Shown piece by piece: positions 8,934 to 18,008 of a stretch of 64,000 nucleotides of DNA. The position numbers and the translations under genes are program-made. Below the pieces are notes generated by a model, which was given only the letters and a program-made list of their open reading frames with translations, did no database searches and had not been told where the DNA came from. Source of the stretch: Candidatus Omnitrophota bacterium. Lineage in GTDB: Bacteria > Omnitrophota > Gorgyraeia > Gygaellales > Profunditerraquicolaceae. Every line of letters begins with the position of its first letter. Within the stretch, counting starts at the first letter, position 1. Location of the stretch: positions 16,489 through 80,488 of the forward strand of contig JAPLLX010000001.1 in assembly GCA_026387335.1 (NCBI GenBank), read 5' to 3'.

Positions 8934-9343
8934 AAATTGACACAAGGCAAATACCTGATGCAGGGTTAATCCTCACCGAAGAATTTAGCCCCTCGGCGTT
9001 AGATTTAGAGACCGAGATCATTAAATTCAGCGGGCCGCTAAAGGCCAAGGCGGTTGTCACCAAGAGTTATAACGCTATCGGCGTAGCCTTGGACTTAAAT
9101 GCTCCTATGCTTATCGTCTGCGGCCGTTGCCTGGAAGAGGCAAGCGCAAGTTTCAATAGGCAGACACAATTGCATTACGCTGTTGACAAGCTGGAGCCGA
9201 TAATCGAGCTGGATCCGGATATAAGAGAAGAGATAATTTTAAGCTATCCCATTAATCCTTTATGCAGCGATAACTGTAAAGGTTTATGCCCCAGATGCGG
9301 GCATAATTTAAACGAAGGAGGGTGTAACTGTGGCACTACCTAA
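8930..9343 (+). CDS. yceD: YceD/DUF177 family protein (large-subunit rRNA/ribosomal protein L32 accumulation)
   Basis: C-terminal Cys cluster CSDNCKGLCPRCGHNLNEGGCNCG. Conserved position immediately upstream of rpmF-plsX. Confidence 0.7.
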   Translation: MKIDTRQIPDAGLILTEEFSPSALDLETEIIKFSGPLKAKAVVTKSYNAIGVALDLNAPMLIVCGRCLEEASASFNRQTQLHYAVDKLEPIIELDPDIREEIILSYPINPLCSDNCKGLCPRCGHNLNEGGCNCGTT

Positions 9344-9530
9344 GAGAAGGCATTCTTCAGCGCGCGGCCGCAAGCGCCGTACACATTGGAAGATTAAAGC
9401 AAGTGGTCTTGCCCCTTGTCCGCAATGCAAACAGCCGAAATTGTCCAATCGGGTTTGTCCAATTTGCGGTTTTTATAAAGGCAAGCAAGTCATTGAGATT
9501 AAAGTAAAAGAAAAGAAAAAGAAGAAATAA
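9330..9530 (+). CDS. rpmF: 50S ribosomal protein L32
   Basis: ALPKRRHSSARGRKRRTHWK, CPxC...CPxC zinc ribbon. GTG start. Confidence 0.9.
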   Translation: MALPKRRHSSARGRKRRTHWKIKASGLAPCPQCKQPKLSNRVCPICGFYKGKQVIEIKVKEKKKKK

Positions 9531-9576
9531 ACCTGGGGGACGCTTCCCAAGGGGACACTCTGCGGAGAAATAACCA

Positions 9577-10566
9577 ATGAAAATAGTCGTTGATGCTATG
9601 GGCGGCGATTACGCGCCCGCAGTTGTAATTAACGGTACGCTGGCAGCGGTTAAAGAATACGGGGCTGAAGTAATCTTGGTGGGGGATGAGGCAAAAATCG
9701 CGCCCCTGCTTAAGAAAGCCAGGTATTCCGGAAGCAATATTGAAGTAGTCCACGCCCCGGAAACAATTGAGATGTGCGAGTCTGCCGCGTTAAGCGTGCG
9801 CAGGAAAAGAAATTCCTCTATTGTCATAGGAATAAATTTAGTTAAAGAAGGCAAAGCCGGAGCATTTTTTAGCGCAGGGAACACCGGCGCGGTTGTCTGT
9901 GCCGCGACTTTAGGTTTAAGGCTTATACCCGGAGTTGAGCGTCCCGGGATCGCCATTGTTACTCCTACTGTAAAAGGTACATCTTTGATTATTGATGTCG
10001 GCGCGAATATCGACCCTAAGCCCAACCAGCTTTTGCAATACGGCATTATGGGAGACGTTTACAGCCGGACTATTTTAAATAAAATTAATCCTTCCGTAGG
10101 GCTCTTGAATATCGGCGAGGAAGAGGCTAAAGGTACTGAATTTATGCGCGAAACGCATGAATTGCTTCAGAAGAGCCGGCTTAATTTTATAGGTAATATT
10201 GAAGGTAAAGACCTTTTCTCCGGTAAATGTGATGTTATTGTTTGCGATGGGTTTGTGGGGAATGTCGCGTTAAAAGTAGCCGAGAGCGCGGCTCAAGCGA
10301 TGCAGGTATTTTTAAAAAGGAATTTGTTAAGTAATACTATGGGTAAAATCGGGTTACTTTTTCTTTTACCCAGCTTAAAGCGTTTTAAGAAAGAGCTGGA
10401 TTATTCCGAATACGGCGGAGCGCCTCTATTGGGAGTCGATGGCGTAATTATCATCGGTCACGGTCGTTCCAATGTTAAGGCGATCAAGAACGCTATCAGA
10501 GTAGCTAAGGAAGAAGTAGAACGTAAGTTTAATGAGAAGATCTCAGAGGCGATTAAATTAACATGA
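9577..10566 (+). CDS. plsX: phosphate acyltransferase PlsX
   Basis: MKIVVDAMGGDYAP...: PlsX N-terminus. Conserved operon context. Confidence 0.9.
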   Translation: MKIVVDAMGGDYAPAVVINGTLAAVKEYGAEVILVGDEAKIAPLLKKARYSGSNIEVVHAPETIEMCESAALSVRRKRNSSIVIGINLVKEGKAGAFFSAGNTGAVVCAATLGLRLIPGVERPGIAIVTPTVKGTSLIIDVGANIDPKPNQLLQYGIMGDVYSRTILNKINPSVGLLNIGEEEAKGTEFMRETHELLQKSRLNFIGNIEGKDLFSGKCDVIVCDGFVGNVALKVAESAAQAMQVFLKRNLLSNTMGKIGLLFLLPSLKRFKKELDYSEYGGAPLLGVDGVIIIGHGRSNVKAIKNAIRVAKEEVERKFNEKISEAIKLT

Positions 10567-11540
10567 AAAAAGTAGGCATCATCGGAGTCGGAGAGTATCT
10601 ACCGGAAAGAGTCCTGACCAACGCGGATTTAGAGAAGATGGTGGATACTTCTAATGAATGGATAACTACCCGCACCGGGATAAAAGAACGCAGGCTCGCC
10701 TCTAGCAGTGAAGCTACTTCGGATCTGGCTCTTGCCGCCGCGAAAGAAGCCTTGAGCAATGCCAAATTAGCGCCCGAAGATTTAGATTTAATTATTGTAG
10801 CGACTATTACTCCGGATATGCCTTTTCCTTCGGTTGCCTCCATTCTTCAGAACGCATTATCCGCCAAAAAAGCCGCCTGTTTTGATATATCTGCCGCTTG
10901 CGCGGGTTTTGTTTACGCGCTCTCCATCGCCCAGCAGTTTATTGCCTGCGGAACCTATAAGAACGCGTTGGTTATCGGCGCTGAAAAGCTTTCTTCTATC
11001 ACGGATTGGAAGGACAGGAATACCTGTGTATTGTTTGGAGACGGAGCCGGCGCCTGTGTCTTAGGGGAGGTTAAGGATGGCGGCATAATCTCTACTTTTC
11101 TTGGCTGCGACGGTTCAAGTTTAGGATTATTAAATCTTCCTGCCGGCGGTTCGCGGAAGCCAGCTACCCAGGAAACAGTTGAGCAGCGCCTGCATTATAT
11201 TAAAATGAACGGAAACGAATTATTTAAGATTGCCGTCAGGACTATGACTGACGCGGCCCTCACAGTTTTAGAGAAGGCCGGTTTGAAATTTTCCGATATT
11301 GACCTGATAATACCGCATCAGGCAAATTCGCGGATCATCATGGCGGTTGCCAAAAGATTAGGCCTGAGCGGGGACCAGATTTTTCTTAATATAGAGAAGT
11401 ACGGGAATATGTCCAGCGCTTCTACTGTCACAGCTTTAGTGGAAGCAGCAAAAGAGGGCAGGATTAAAAAAGGCGATATTGTTCTTCTGGATTCTTTCGG
11501 CGCCGGGCTGGTCTGGGGAGCAGCTGTTATCAAATGGTAG
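10563..11540 (+). CDS. fabH: 3-oxoacyl-ACP synthase III
   Basis: ITTRTGIKERR, active-site CAGFVYAL, HQAN, GNMSSAS motifs. Confidence 0.9.
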   Translation: MKKVGIIGVGEYLPERVLTNADLEKMVDTSNEWITTRTGIKERRLASSSEATSDLALAAAKEALSNAKLAPEDLDLIIVATITPDMPFPSVASILQNALSAKKAACFDISAACAGFVYALSIAQQFIACGTYKNALVIGAEKLSSITDWKDRNTCVLFGDGAGACVLGEVKDGGIISTFLGCDGSSLGLLNLPAGGSRKPATQETVEQRLHYIKMNGNELFKIAVRTMTDAALTVLEKAGLKFSDIDLIIPHQANSRIIMAVAKRLGLSGDQIFLNIEKYGNMSSASTVTALVEAAKEGRIKKGDIVLLDSFGAGLVWGAAVIKW

Positions 11541-12433
11541 CTTTTTTATTTGCCGGCCAAGGCAGCCAATATGCGGGAATGGGAAAAGATTTATACGAAA
11601 ATTTTCCCGCAGCCCGGGCCATATTTGACCGGGCGCAAACCGTGTTAGGTTTTGACCTTAAACAGATCTGCTTTGAAGGCTCGGAAGAGCAACTTAAAAT
11701 AACCAAGATTTCTCAGCCGGCGATAGTTACGGTAAGTATTGCCGCTTACGAAGCCTTTAAATCCAAAAACAAAGTTACCCCGGCCTATATGGCGGGTTTG
11801 AGTTTAGGTGAATACAGCGCTTTAATCGCCTCCGGTAGCCTAGCTTTTGAGGATGGTATTCGGCTAATTAAGAGAAGAGGCGAGTTAATGGATGAAGCAG
11901 CGAAGAAATATCCGGGTAAAATGGCTGCTGTTTTGGATTTAGCGGTTGATAAGATTAAAGAGATTTGCCTGGTCAGCGGTGCTGAAATCGCCAATTTAAA
12001 TTGCCCGGGGCAGACTGTTATTTCCGGTAAAAGTGAAGCCATAGATAAAGCGGTTATTTTATGTACTGAGGCAGGCGCGAAAAGAGTGCTACCGCTGGAA
12101 GTCAGCGGAGCTTTTCATTCTTCTCTTATGTCTGAAGCCACGGAAGGCCTTAAGCAAGCGCTGGAGAAAACCAATATTACCAGCCCTTCTGTGCCGGTTA
12201 TAAGTAATTATACGGCTTGGCCTCAGGATAAAACCAGTCAAATTAAAGAAAATCTGGTTTATCAGGTGCGTTCTTCGGTAAGATGGGAAGATTCAATGCG
12301 TTTCATTCTTGCAAAAGGAGTTACGCAGTTTTACGAATTCGGCCCGGGCAAGGTCCTTAAAGGTTTGCTGCGTAAGATAGATTCTACTGCGCAGGTTACG
12401 AATATAGAGAAAAGCGCGGATATAGGGGGATAA
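11534..12433 (+). CDS. fabD: malonyl-CoA:ACP transacylase
   Basis: [14 protein letters not shown]...[10 protein letters not shown]: GHSxG-type active site. Confidence 0.9.
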   Translation: MVAFLFAGQGSQYAGMGKDLYENFPAARAIFDRAQTVLGFDLKQICFEGSEEQLKITKISQPAIVTVSIAAYEAFKSKNKVTPAYMAGLSLGEYSALIASGSLAFEDGIRLIKRRGELMDEAAKKYPGKMAAVLDLAVDKIKEICLVSGAEIANLNCPGQTVISGKSEAIDKAVILCTEAGAKRVLPLEVSGAFHSSLMSEATEGLKQALEKTNITSPSVPVISNYTAWPQDKTSQIKENLVYQVRSSVRWEDSMRFILAKGVTQFYEFGPGKVLKGLLRKIDSTAQVTNIEKSADIGG

Positions 12434-12434
12434 T

Positions 12435-13178
12435 ATGAAACTAGAAGGTAAAGTAGCGTTTATCACTGGCGGCGCAAGAGGCATAGGCCAGGCCATTGCT
12501 ATGACTTTTGCCAGGGAAGGCGCGGATATCGTGGTGGCGGATGTAAATTTAGAAGTAGCTCAGAAGACAGCCTCGGAAATCGAGGCTTTAGGCAGAAAAG
12601 CCCTGGCCCTGGAGATGGATGTTACGGATTACGCCAAAGTAGAAGACGGGGTGAACAAAATTCTTGACAAATTCGGAAAGGTTGATATATTAGTTAACAA
12701 CGCTGGGATTACCAAAGACAATCTGATACTCAGGATGTCCCAGGCTGAGTGGGATGCGGTAATAAACGTGAACCTTAAAGGCACGTTTAACTGCATCAAA
12801 GCAGTCTCCCGGCCGATGGTCAAACAGAGAAGCGGTAAGATTATAAGTATCGCTTCCATTATCGGCTTAATGGGGAATGCGGGGCAGGCAAATTATGCCG
12901 CCTCTAAAGCCGGAATAATCGCTCTTACAAAGACTATAGCTAAAGAATTGGCAAGCCGCAATGTTAATGCCAATGCAGTAGCCCCCGGGTTCATCCAGAC
13001 CGAGATGACGGCCAAGCTTCCTGAAGCTGTAAAAGCTAAAATGCTGGAAGCAATACCCTTGGCTAAGTTAGGTACGCCCCAGGATGTGGCAAATGTCTGT
13101 TTATTCCTGGCCAGCGCTGATTCAAATTATATCACCGGGCAGGTAATTACTGTTGATGGCGGCATGGTTATGGCATAA
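12435..13178 (+). CDS. fabG: 3-oxoacyl-ACP reductase
   Basis: [12 protein letters not shown]ossmann fold, NNAGI, YAASKAG catalytic tetrad. SDR family in fab cluster. Confidence 0.9.
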   Translation: MKLEGKVAFITGGARGIGQAIAMTFAREGADIVVADVNLEVAQKTASEIEALGRKALALEMDVTDYAKVEDGVNKILDKFGKVDILVNNAGITKDNLILRMSQAEWDAVINVNLKGTFNCIKAVSRPMVKQRSGKIISIASIIGLMGNAGQANYAASKAGIIALTKTIAKELASRNVNANAVAPGFIQTEMTAKLPEAVKAKMLEAIPLAKLGTPQDVANVCLFLASADSNYITGQVITVDGGMVMA

Positions 13179-13202
13179 GTATCCTAAAAGGAGGAAAAAA
13201 GA

Positions 13203-13442
13203 ATGGCAGTTCAAGAGAAGGTTAAGTCTATAATCGCGGAACAGTTAGGGGTAAAACCCGAAGAGGTCACTCCCGAGGCATCATTCGTGGATGATTTAGG
13301 GGCAGACTCTTTGGATACCGTAGAGTTGGTTATGGCATTAGAAGAGGAATTTGGCATTGAGATACCCGATGAGGATGCTGAGAAGATAGCCACTGTCGGC
13401 GATGCTATGAAGTATATTGAAGAAAAAAGCGCTAACAAATAA
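13203..13442 (+). CDS. acpP: acyl carrier protein
   Basis: [20 protein letters not shown]: phosphopantetheine attachment Ser motif. Confidence 0.9.
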   Translation: MAVQEKVKSIIAEQLGVKPEEVTPEASFVDDLGADSLDTVELVMALEEEFGIEIPDEDAEKIATVGDAMKYIEEKSANK

Positions 13443-13468
13443 TAATTTATATAGATAAGCCGCAAAAT

Positions 13469-13501
13469 ACCCCGCTATTTCTATTTAGCGGGGTAAGTTT
13501 T
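13469..13501 (+). terminator. putative partial terminator / attenuating hairpin between acpP and fabF
   Basis: 9-bp stem accccgcta/tagcggggt, 8-nt loop, short T-run. Confidence 0.35.
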
Positions 13502-13543
13502 AAATGAGGACATAAGTCTCAAGTTAAGTGTCCATATTAAAAT

Positions 13544-14791
13544 ATGCATGAAAACAGAGTAGTAATCACGGGGTTAGGGATAATTTCTTCGGTAGGCAAT
13601 GATGTCGCTACTTTTTGGCAGGCATTAAAGGAGGGGAAGAGCGGCGTAGGGCCATTAACCACCTTTGACGCTAGCAAGTTTGATTCGCGCGTTGCCGGAG
13701 AAGTAAAAGGTTTTAACCCGGCTTTAGGCGATATAGATTTTAAGGAAGCCCGGCGCACCGCTAGGTTTGTCCAATATGCCTTGGTTGCGGCTAAGCAGGC
13801 TATAGTTTCTTCAGGTTTGGATCTGGATAAGGGGAATAAAGAGAGGTTTGGAGTATTAATCGGTTCAGGTATAGGCAGCCTGCATACAATAGAAGAGGAG
13901 CATAAGATCTTCTTAACTAAAGGGCCATCGCGCCTGTCGCCTTTTCTAATTCCCATGTTGATTGTTAATGAAGCCAGCGGTTTAGTGGCGATTAAATATG
14001 GTTTTAAAGGCCCTAATTCCTGCGTGGCTACTGCTTGCGCTTCCGGCTCGCATGCCATAGGGGATGCGTTCAGGATCATAGAGCGCGGGGATGCTGATGT
14101 AATGATTACCGGAGGGACGGAAAGCTGTATTGTGGCTACGTCTCTGGGAGGATTCTGCGCCTTAAAGGCGCTTTCTAAGAAAAATGATTTTCCGCAAAAG
14201 GCATCCCGGCCGTTTGACAAAGAGCGGGATGGCTTTGTTATGGCCGAAGGTTGCGGTTTAGTGGTTCTGGAGAGTTTAGAGCATGCCAAAAAACGCAATG
14301 CTCCTATCATCGCTGAAATTATCGGTTTTGGGATGACCTGCGACGCGTATCATATAACCGCTCCTGACCCTGAAGGCGAAGGTGCCGGACGGGCGATGAA
14401 ATTGGCTTTGGCCGATGCTAGACTTAATCCCGAAGACGTGGATTATATTAACGCGCACGGTACTTCCACTAAACTTAATGATAAGATTGAGACCTTTTCC
14501 ATGAAGAGGGCTTTTGGAGCTCATGCCAAGAAAGTTATGGTTTCTTCAACTAAATCCATGATCGGCCATGCCTTGGGCGCTGCCGGTGGAATGGAATTTG
14601 TGGTTTGTTGTTTGAGTATCAGAGACGGCATAGTGCATCCCACGATAAACTATGAACATCCTGATCCTGAATGTGATCTGGATTATGTCCCCAATGTTTC
14701 CCGCAAGGCCGAGGTCAAAGTTTGTATGTCCAATTCTTTAGGTTTTGGCGGACACAATGCCTCCCTCATTGTAAAGAAATTCGATAAATAG
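13544..14791 (+). CDS. fabF: 3-oxoacyl-ACP synthase II
   Basis: Active-site Cys (ATACASGSHAIG), HAT/NAHGTST and GHxLGAAG motifs. 415 aa. Confidence 0.9.
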   Translation: MHENRVVITGLGIISSVGNDVATFWQALKEGKSGVGPLTTFDASKFDSRVAGEVKGFNPALGDIDFKEARRTARFVQYALVAAKQAIVSSGLDLDKGNKERFGVLIGSGIGSLHTIEEEHKIFLTKGPSRLSPFLIPMLIVNEASGLVAIKYGFKGPNSCVATACASGSHAIGDAFRIIERGDADVMITGGTESCIVATSLGGFCALKALSKKNDFPQKASRPFDKERDGFVMAEGCGLVVLESLEHAKKRNAPIIAEIIGFGMTCDAYHITAPDPEGEGAGRAMKLALADARLNPEDVDYINAHGTSTKLNDKIETFSMKRAFGAHAKKVMVSSTKSMIGHALGAAGGMEFVVCCLSIRDGIVHPTINYEHPDPECDLDYVPNVSRKAEVKVCMSNSLGFGGHNASLIVKKFDK

Positions 14792-14848
14792 GGACAGCGA
14801 CCATTTTTCTTGGTCGCATAGATAGAAAAATGGTCGCTGTCCCTATTT
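14786..14848 (+). repeat. perfect 23-bp inverted repeat (AAATAGGGACAGCGACCATTTTT / AAAAATGGTCGCTGTCCCTATTT) with 17-nt loop and downstream T-run; probable intrinsic terminator / REP-like element; the fabF TAG stop lies inside the left arm
   Basis: Arms at 14786-14808 and 14826-14848 are exact reverse complements, followed by ttatttt. Shares the TAGGGAC(A/G)G start with the 78-bp repeat family. Confidence 0.6.
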
Positions 14849-14851
14849 ATT

Positions 14852-16120
14852 TTGGATAATATGCCTTATACAATCGCAGAAAAAATATTAATGGCGCATA
14901 CCGGTAAGACCGATATTAAGCCGGGAGAATTTATTGAGGCCAATGTTGACATTGCCCTCGGAAATGATATTACCGCGCCTTTAGCGATCGAAGAATTTAA
15001 GAAATCCGGATTTAAGAACGTATTTGATAAAAACAAGATCGTTCTTGTGCCGGACCATTTTGCGCCGGCAAAAGATTTAAGGAGCGCGAATCAGTGTAAG
15101 ATATTAAGTAATTTTGCTGCTGAGCAGAAGATAAAAAATTATTTTGAAGTCGGCTGCATGGGGATAGAGCATGCGCTTCTGCCGGAGTTGGGTTTAGTCG
15201 GCCCGGGAGACCTGGTTATCGGCGCGGATTCACATACGTGTACCTACGGCGCGTTAGGGGCGTATTCCACGGGTATAGGTTCCACGGATTTAGCCCGCGC
15301 GTTTATTGACGGAAAATGCTGGTTTAAAGTTCCGGCTTCAGTTAAATTCATTTATAACGGCAAGCTGAATAAATGGGTCGGCGGCAAAGACCTGATTCTT
15401 TTTACTATCGGTAAAATCGGAGTGGACGGGGCATTGTATCAAGCTATGGAATTTTCCGGGCCGGTAATCCGGAAATTGAGCATGGATGACCGGTTTTCCA
15501 TGAGCAATATGGCTATTGAGGCCGGAGCGCGCGCAGGGATAATTGAGCCGGATGAGATCACCAAAAAATACGTCTCCCAATTTAAGCGGAAGTTTAAATT
15601 TTATCAATCCGATAGCGCTGCCCAATACGCTAAAATTTACGAGTGGGATGTGACGGATCTAGAGCCGCAGGTAGCTTGTCCGCATTTACCGAGCAATGTT
15701 CAGCCGGTAAGCGACTTAAAAGATGTTAAGCTGGATCAGGTGGTTATTGGTTCCTGCACTAACGGCAGGATCTCGGATTTAAGGGCCAGCGCCAAAATCC
15801 TTAAAGGGAAGAAAGTTAAACCCGGCTTAAGATTGATTGTAATTCCGGCTACTCAGAAGATTTATTTAGAGGCGGTGAAAGAGGGATTAGCCGAAATATT
15901 TGTTAAAGCCGGCGCAGTTTTCTCTACGCCGACCTGCGGGCCCTGCCTCGGAGGGCATATGGGTATTTTAACTGAAGGAGAAGTCGCCCTGGCCACTACT
16001 AACCGTAATTTTATCGGCAGAATGGGTAGTCCTAAGAGTTTTGTATATTTATCTAACCCTGTCGTGGCAGCAGCTTCGGCGATTACAGGCAGGATCACGC
16101 ATCCTAAGGAGATAAATTAG
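14852..16120 (+). CDS. leuC: 3-isopropylmalate dehydratase large subunit (short, archaeal-type LeuC)
   Basis: Aconitase-family Cys ligands (GSCTNGR, CGPCLG). 422 aa, followed by leuD. Confidence 0.9.
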   Translation: MDNMPYTIAEKILMAHTGKTDIKPGEFIEANVDIALGNDITAPLAIEEFKKSGFKNVFDKNKIVLVPDHFAPAKDLRSANQCKILSNFAAEQKIKNYFEVGCMGIEHALLPELGLVGPGDLVIGADSHTCTYGALGAYSTGIGSTDLARAFIDGKCWFKVPASVKFIYNGKLNKWVGGKDLILFTIGKIGVDGALYQAMEFSGPVIRKLSMDDRFSMSNMAIEAGARAGIIEPDEITKKYVSQFKRKFKFYQSDSAAQYAKIYEWDVTDLEPQVACPHLPSNVQPVSDLKDVKLDQVVIGSCTNGRISDLRASAKILKGKKVKPGLRLIVIPATQKIYLEAVKEGLAEIFVKAGAVFSTPTCGPCLGGHMGILTEGEVALATTNRNFIGRMGSPKSFVYLSNPVVAAASAITGRITHPKEIN

Positions 16121-16195
16121 GGACGGTTCTCAAGCCAAAGCAAAAGCGTCCCCGTTAAGGGGACAGTTTAAGATTAGCTTGAGAACCGTCCCTAA
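16118..16195 (+). repeat. 78-bp nested-palindrome repeat element, copy 2; its first 3 nt (TAG) are the leuC stop codon
   Basis: TAGGGACGGTTCTCAAGCCAAAGCAAAAGCGTCCCCGTTAAGGGGACAGTTTAAGATTAGCTTGAGAACCGTCCCTAA. The 17-bp outer arms are perfect reverse complements. Confidence 0.75.
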
Positions 16196-16203
16196 AAAAG
16201 AAT

Positions 16204-16695
16204 ATGATCATAAAAGGTAAAGTGCATAAATTCGGGGATGACATAAATACCGATGATATCATCTCGGCGAAATATCTTGTTTCTACTGACGCCAAAGAGT
16301 TGGGTGCGCATTGCCTGGAAGCAATAGCTCCGGATTTTGTGAAGAAGGTTACACCCGGAGATATAATCGTGGCGGGGAATAATTTTGGCTGCGGTTCGTC
16401 CCGCGAGCACGCGCCGGTAGCGATCAAAGGAGCGGGGATTCAGGCGGTTATTGCCAAAAGTTTTGCCGCGATTTTCTTCAGGAATGCCATAAATATAGGG
16501 TTACCCTTCCTAGAATCAGATGACGCGACAAAGATAAAAGAAGGGGATTTGATTGAAATAGACTTAGACGGTGGTATAATAAAAAACCTGACCCAAAATG
16601 TTACCTATAAGACTCAAGAATTCCCTGAATTTCTGCAGGCGCTGGTAAAAGAGGGCGGTTTGCTGAATTGGATCAAGGCAAAAAAGGAGCGCTAG
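16204..16695 (+). CDS. leuD: 3-isopropylmalate dehydratase small subunit
   Basis: KFGDDINTDDIISAKYL, GCGSSREHA: LeuD/aconitase swivel-domain motifs. Confidence 0.9.
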   Translation: MIIKGKVHKFGDDINTDDIISAKYLVSTDAKELGAHCLEAIAPDFVKKVTPGDIIVAGNNFGCGSSREHAPVAIKGAGIQAVIAKSFAAIFFRNAINIGLPFLESDDATKIKEGDLIEIDLDGGIIKNLTQNVTYKTQEFPEFLQALVKEGGLLNWIKAKKER

Positions 16696-16944
16696 ATGAT
16701 GAACATAGATAAGCAAAAGCTAAAAGTCCAGATTATCACCGGGGAAGGCCTTTCCGTAAAAGGTTTCATGTATGTTGATCAGGGTATGCGGCTGAATGAT
16801 TTTTTAAACAGCCGTAAGGATGATTTTCTAGCTGTTACCGAAGCCCGGATCAAGGGCGCAGGGTCATTTTTAGGAATGTGCCGTAATAAAAAAATAGTAT
16901 TTATCAATAAAAATTTTATTAAACTTATTGAGGAGTGCGGATAG
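16696..16944 (+). CDS. hypothetical 82-aa protein translationally coupled between leuD and leuB
   Basis: AAGGAG RBS 8 nt before the ATG, and the ATG abuts the leuD stop. No recognisable motif. Confidence 0.35.
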   Translation: MMNIDKQKLKVQIITGEGLSVKGFMYVDQGMRLNDFLNSRKDDFLAVTEARIKGAGSFLGMCRNKKIVFINKNFIKLIEECG

Positions 16945-16956
16945 AAAGAGGAGAAA

Positions 16957-18006
16957 ATGTATAAACTAGCGGTTATTCCGGGAGATGGCACTGGTCCGGA
17001 GGTGGTTAGAGAGGGCCTGAAGGTCTTAAAGGCAGCCGCCCAGAAATTCAAATTTGAATATACAACCAAAGAATTTGATTTTAGCGGAGCCAGGTTTCTA
17101 AAGTCCGGAAAGTTAGTGGATGCTCAAGATATCAAAGAATTAAAGAAGTATGCCGCGATTTACCTGGGGGCAGTCGGCGATCCTAATGTGAAACCCGGCA
17201 TCATTGAGACAGGCGTATTGTTAAAACTAAGGTTTGCCCTGGACCAGTATATAAACTTAAGGCCGGTCAAGCTTTATAATTCTAATTTTTGCCCGTTAAA
17301 AGATAAGAAGCCGGAAGATATTGATTTTGTAGTTGTGCGCGAAAATTCCGAAGGCCTGTATAAAGGTATGGGTGAGTTTAAAGATAAAGGAACTAAGGAG
17401 GAAGTCGCGATCCAAACCTCCTATAATACGCGTAAGGGTGTCGAGCGTTGTATCCGCTATGCCTTTGAATATACCCGTAAGCGCGACAAAAGAAAGAAAC
17501 TTACTCTTTGCGGAAAAACCAATGTATTGACTTTTGCCTGGGATCTCTGGGAGAGGGTTTTTTACGAGGTGGCCAAGGAATATCCTGATATTACCACGGA
17601 TTACGCGCATGTGGACGCGACAACTATGTGGTTTGTGAAGAACCCGGAGTGGTTTGACGTTATTGTTACCGATAATATGTTCGGCGACATCATTACTGAC
17701 CTGGGCGCGATGATCCAGGGCGGGATGGGAATTGCCGCGGGCGGAAACATTAATCCTGAAGGCGTTTCCATGTTTGAGCCTATCGGCGGAAGCGCTCCCA
17801 AATATACGGGTAAAAATGTAATCAATCCGCTGGCGGCGATTTGCGCCGCGGGGATGATGTTAGAGAATTTAGGGGAAGCTAAGGCGGGTAAGGCAGTTGA
17901 GGATGCGGTCATCAAGGTTGCCAGCCAGAAATTAACGTCTCTAGCCGCGGGTAAAATGGGTTATTCTACGACCGAGGTCGGAGATTTAGTGGTGGAGAAT
18001 ATTTAA
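16957..18006 (+). CDS. leuB: 3-isopropylmalate dehydrogenase
   Basis: [32 protein letters not shown]: isocitrate/isopropylmalate DH family. Assigned LeuB from leuCD context. Confidence 0.85.
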   Translation: MYKLAVIPGDGTGPEVVREGLKVLKAAAQKFKFEYTTKEFDFSGARFLKSGKLVDAQDIKELKKYAAIYLGAVGDPNVKPGIIETGVLLKLRFALDQYINLRPVKLYNSNFCPLKDKKPEDIDFVVVRENSEGLYKGMGEFKDKGTKEEVAIQTSYNTRKGVERCIRYAFEYTRKRDKRKKLTLCGKTNVLTFAWDLWERVFYEVAKEYPDITTDYAHVDATTMWFVKNPEWFDVIVTDNMFGDIITDLGAMIQGGMGIAAGGNINPEGVSMFEPIGGSAPKYTGKNVINPLAAICAAGMMLENLGEAKAGKAVEDAVIKVASQKLTSLAAGKMGYSTTEVGDLVVENI

Positions 18007-18008
18007 AA

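Noticed and set aside
13537-14310. 257-aa ORF on the - strand
   Set aside because: Completely antisense to fabF, which has unambiguous KAS II motifs. Long antisense frames are expected at this codon bias. No RBS or motifs.
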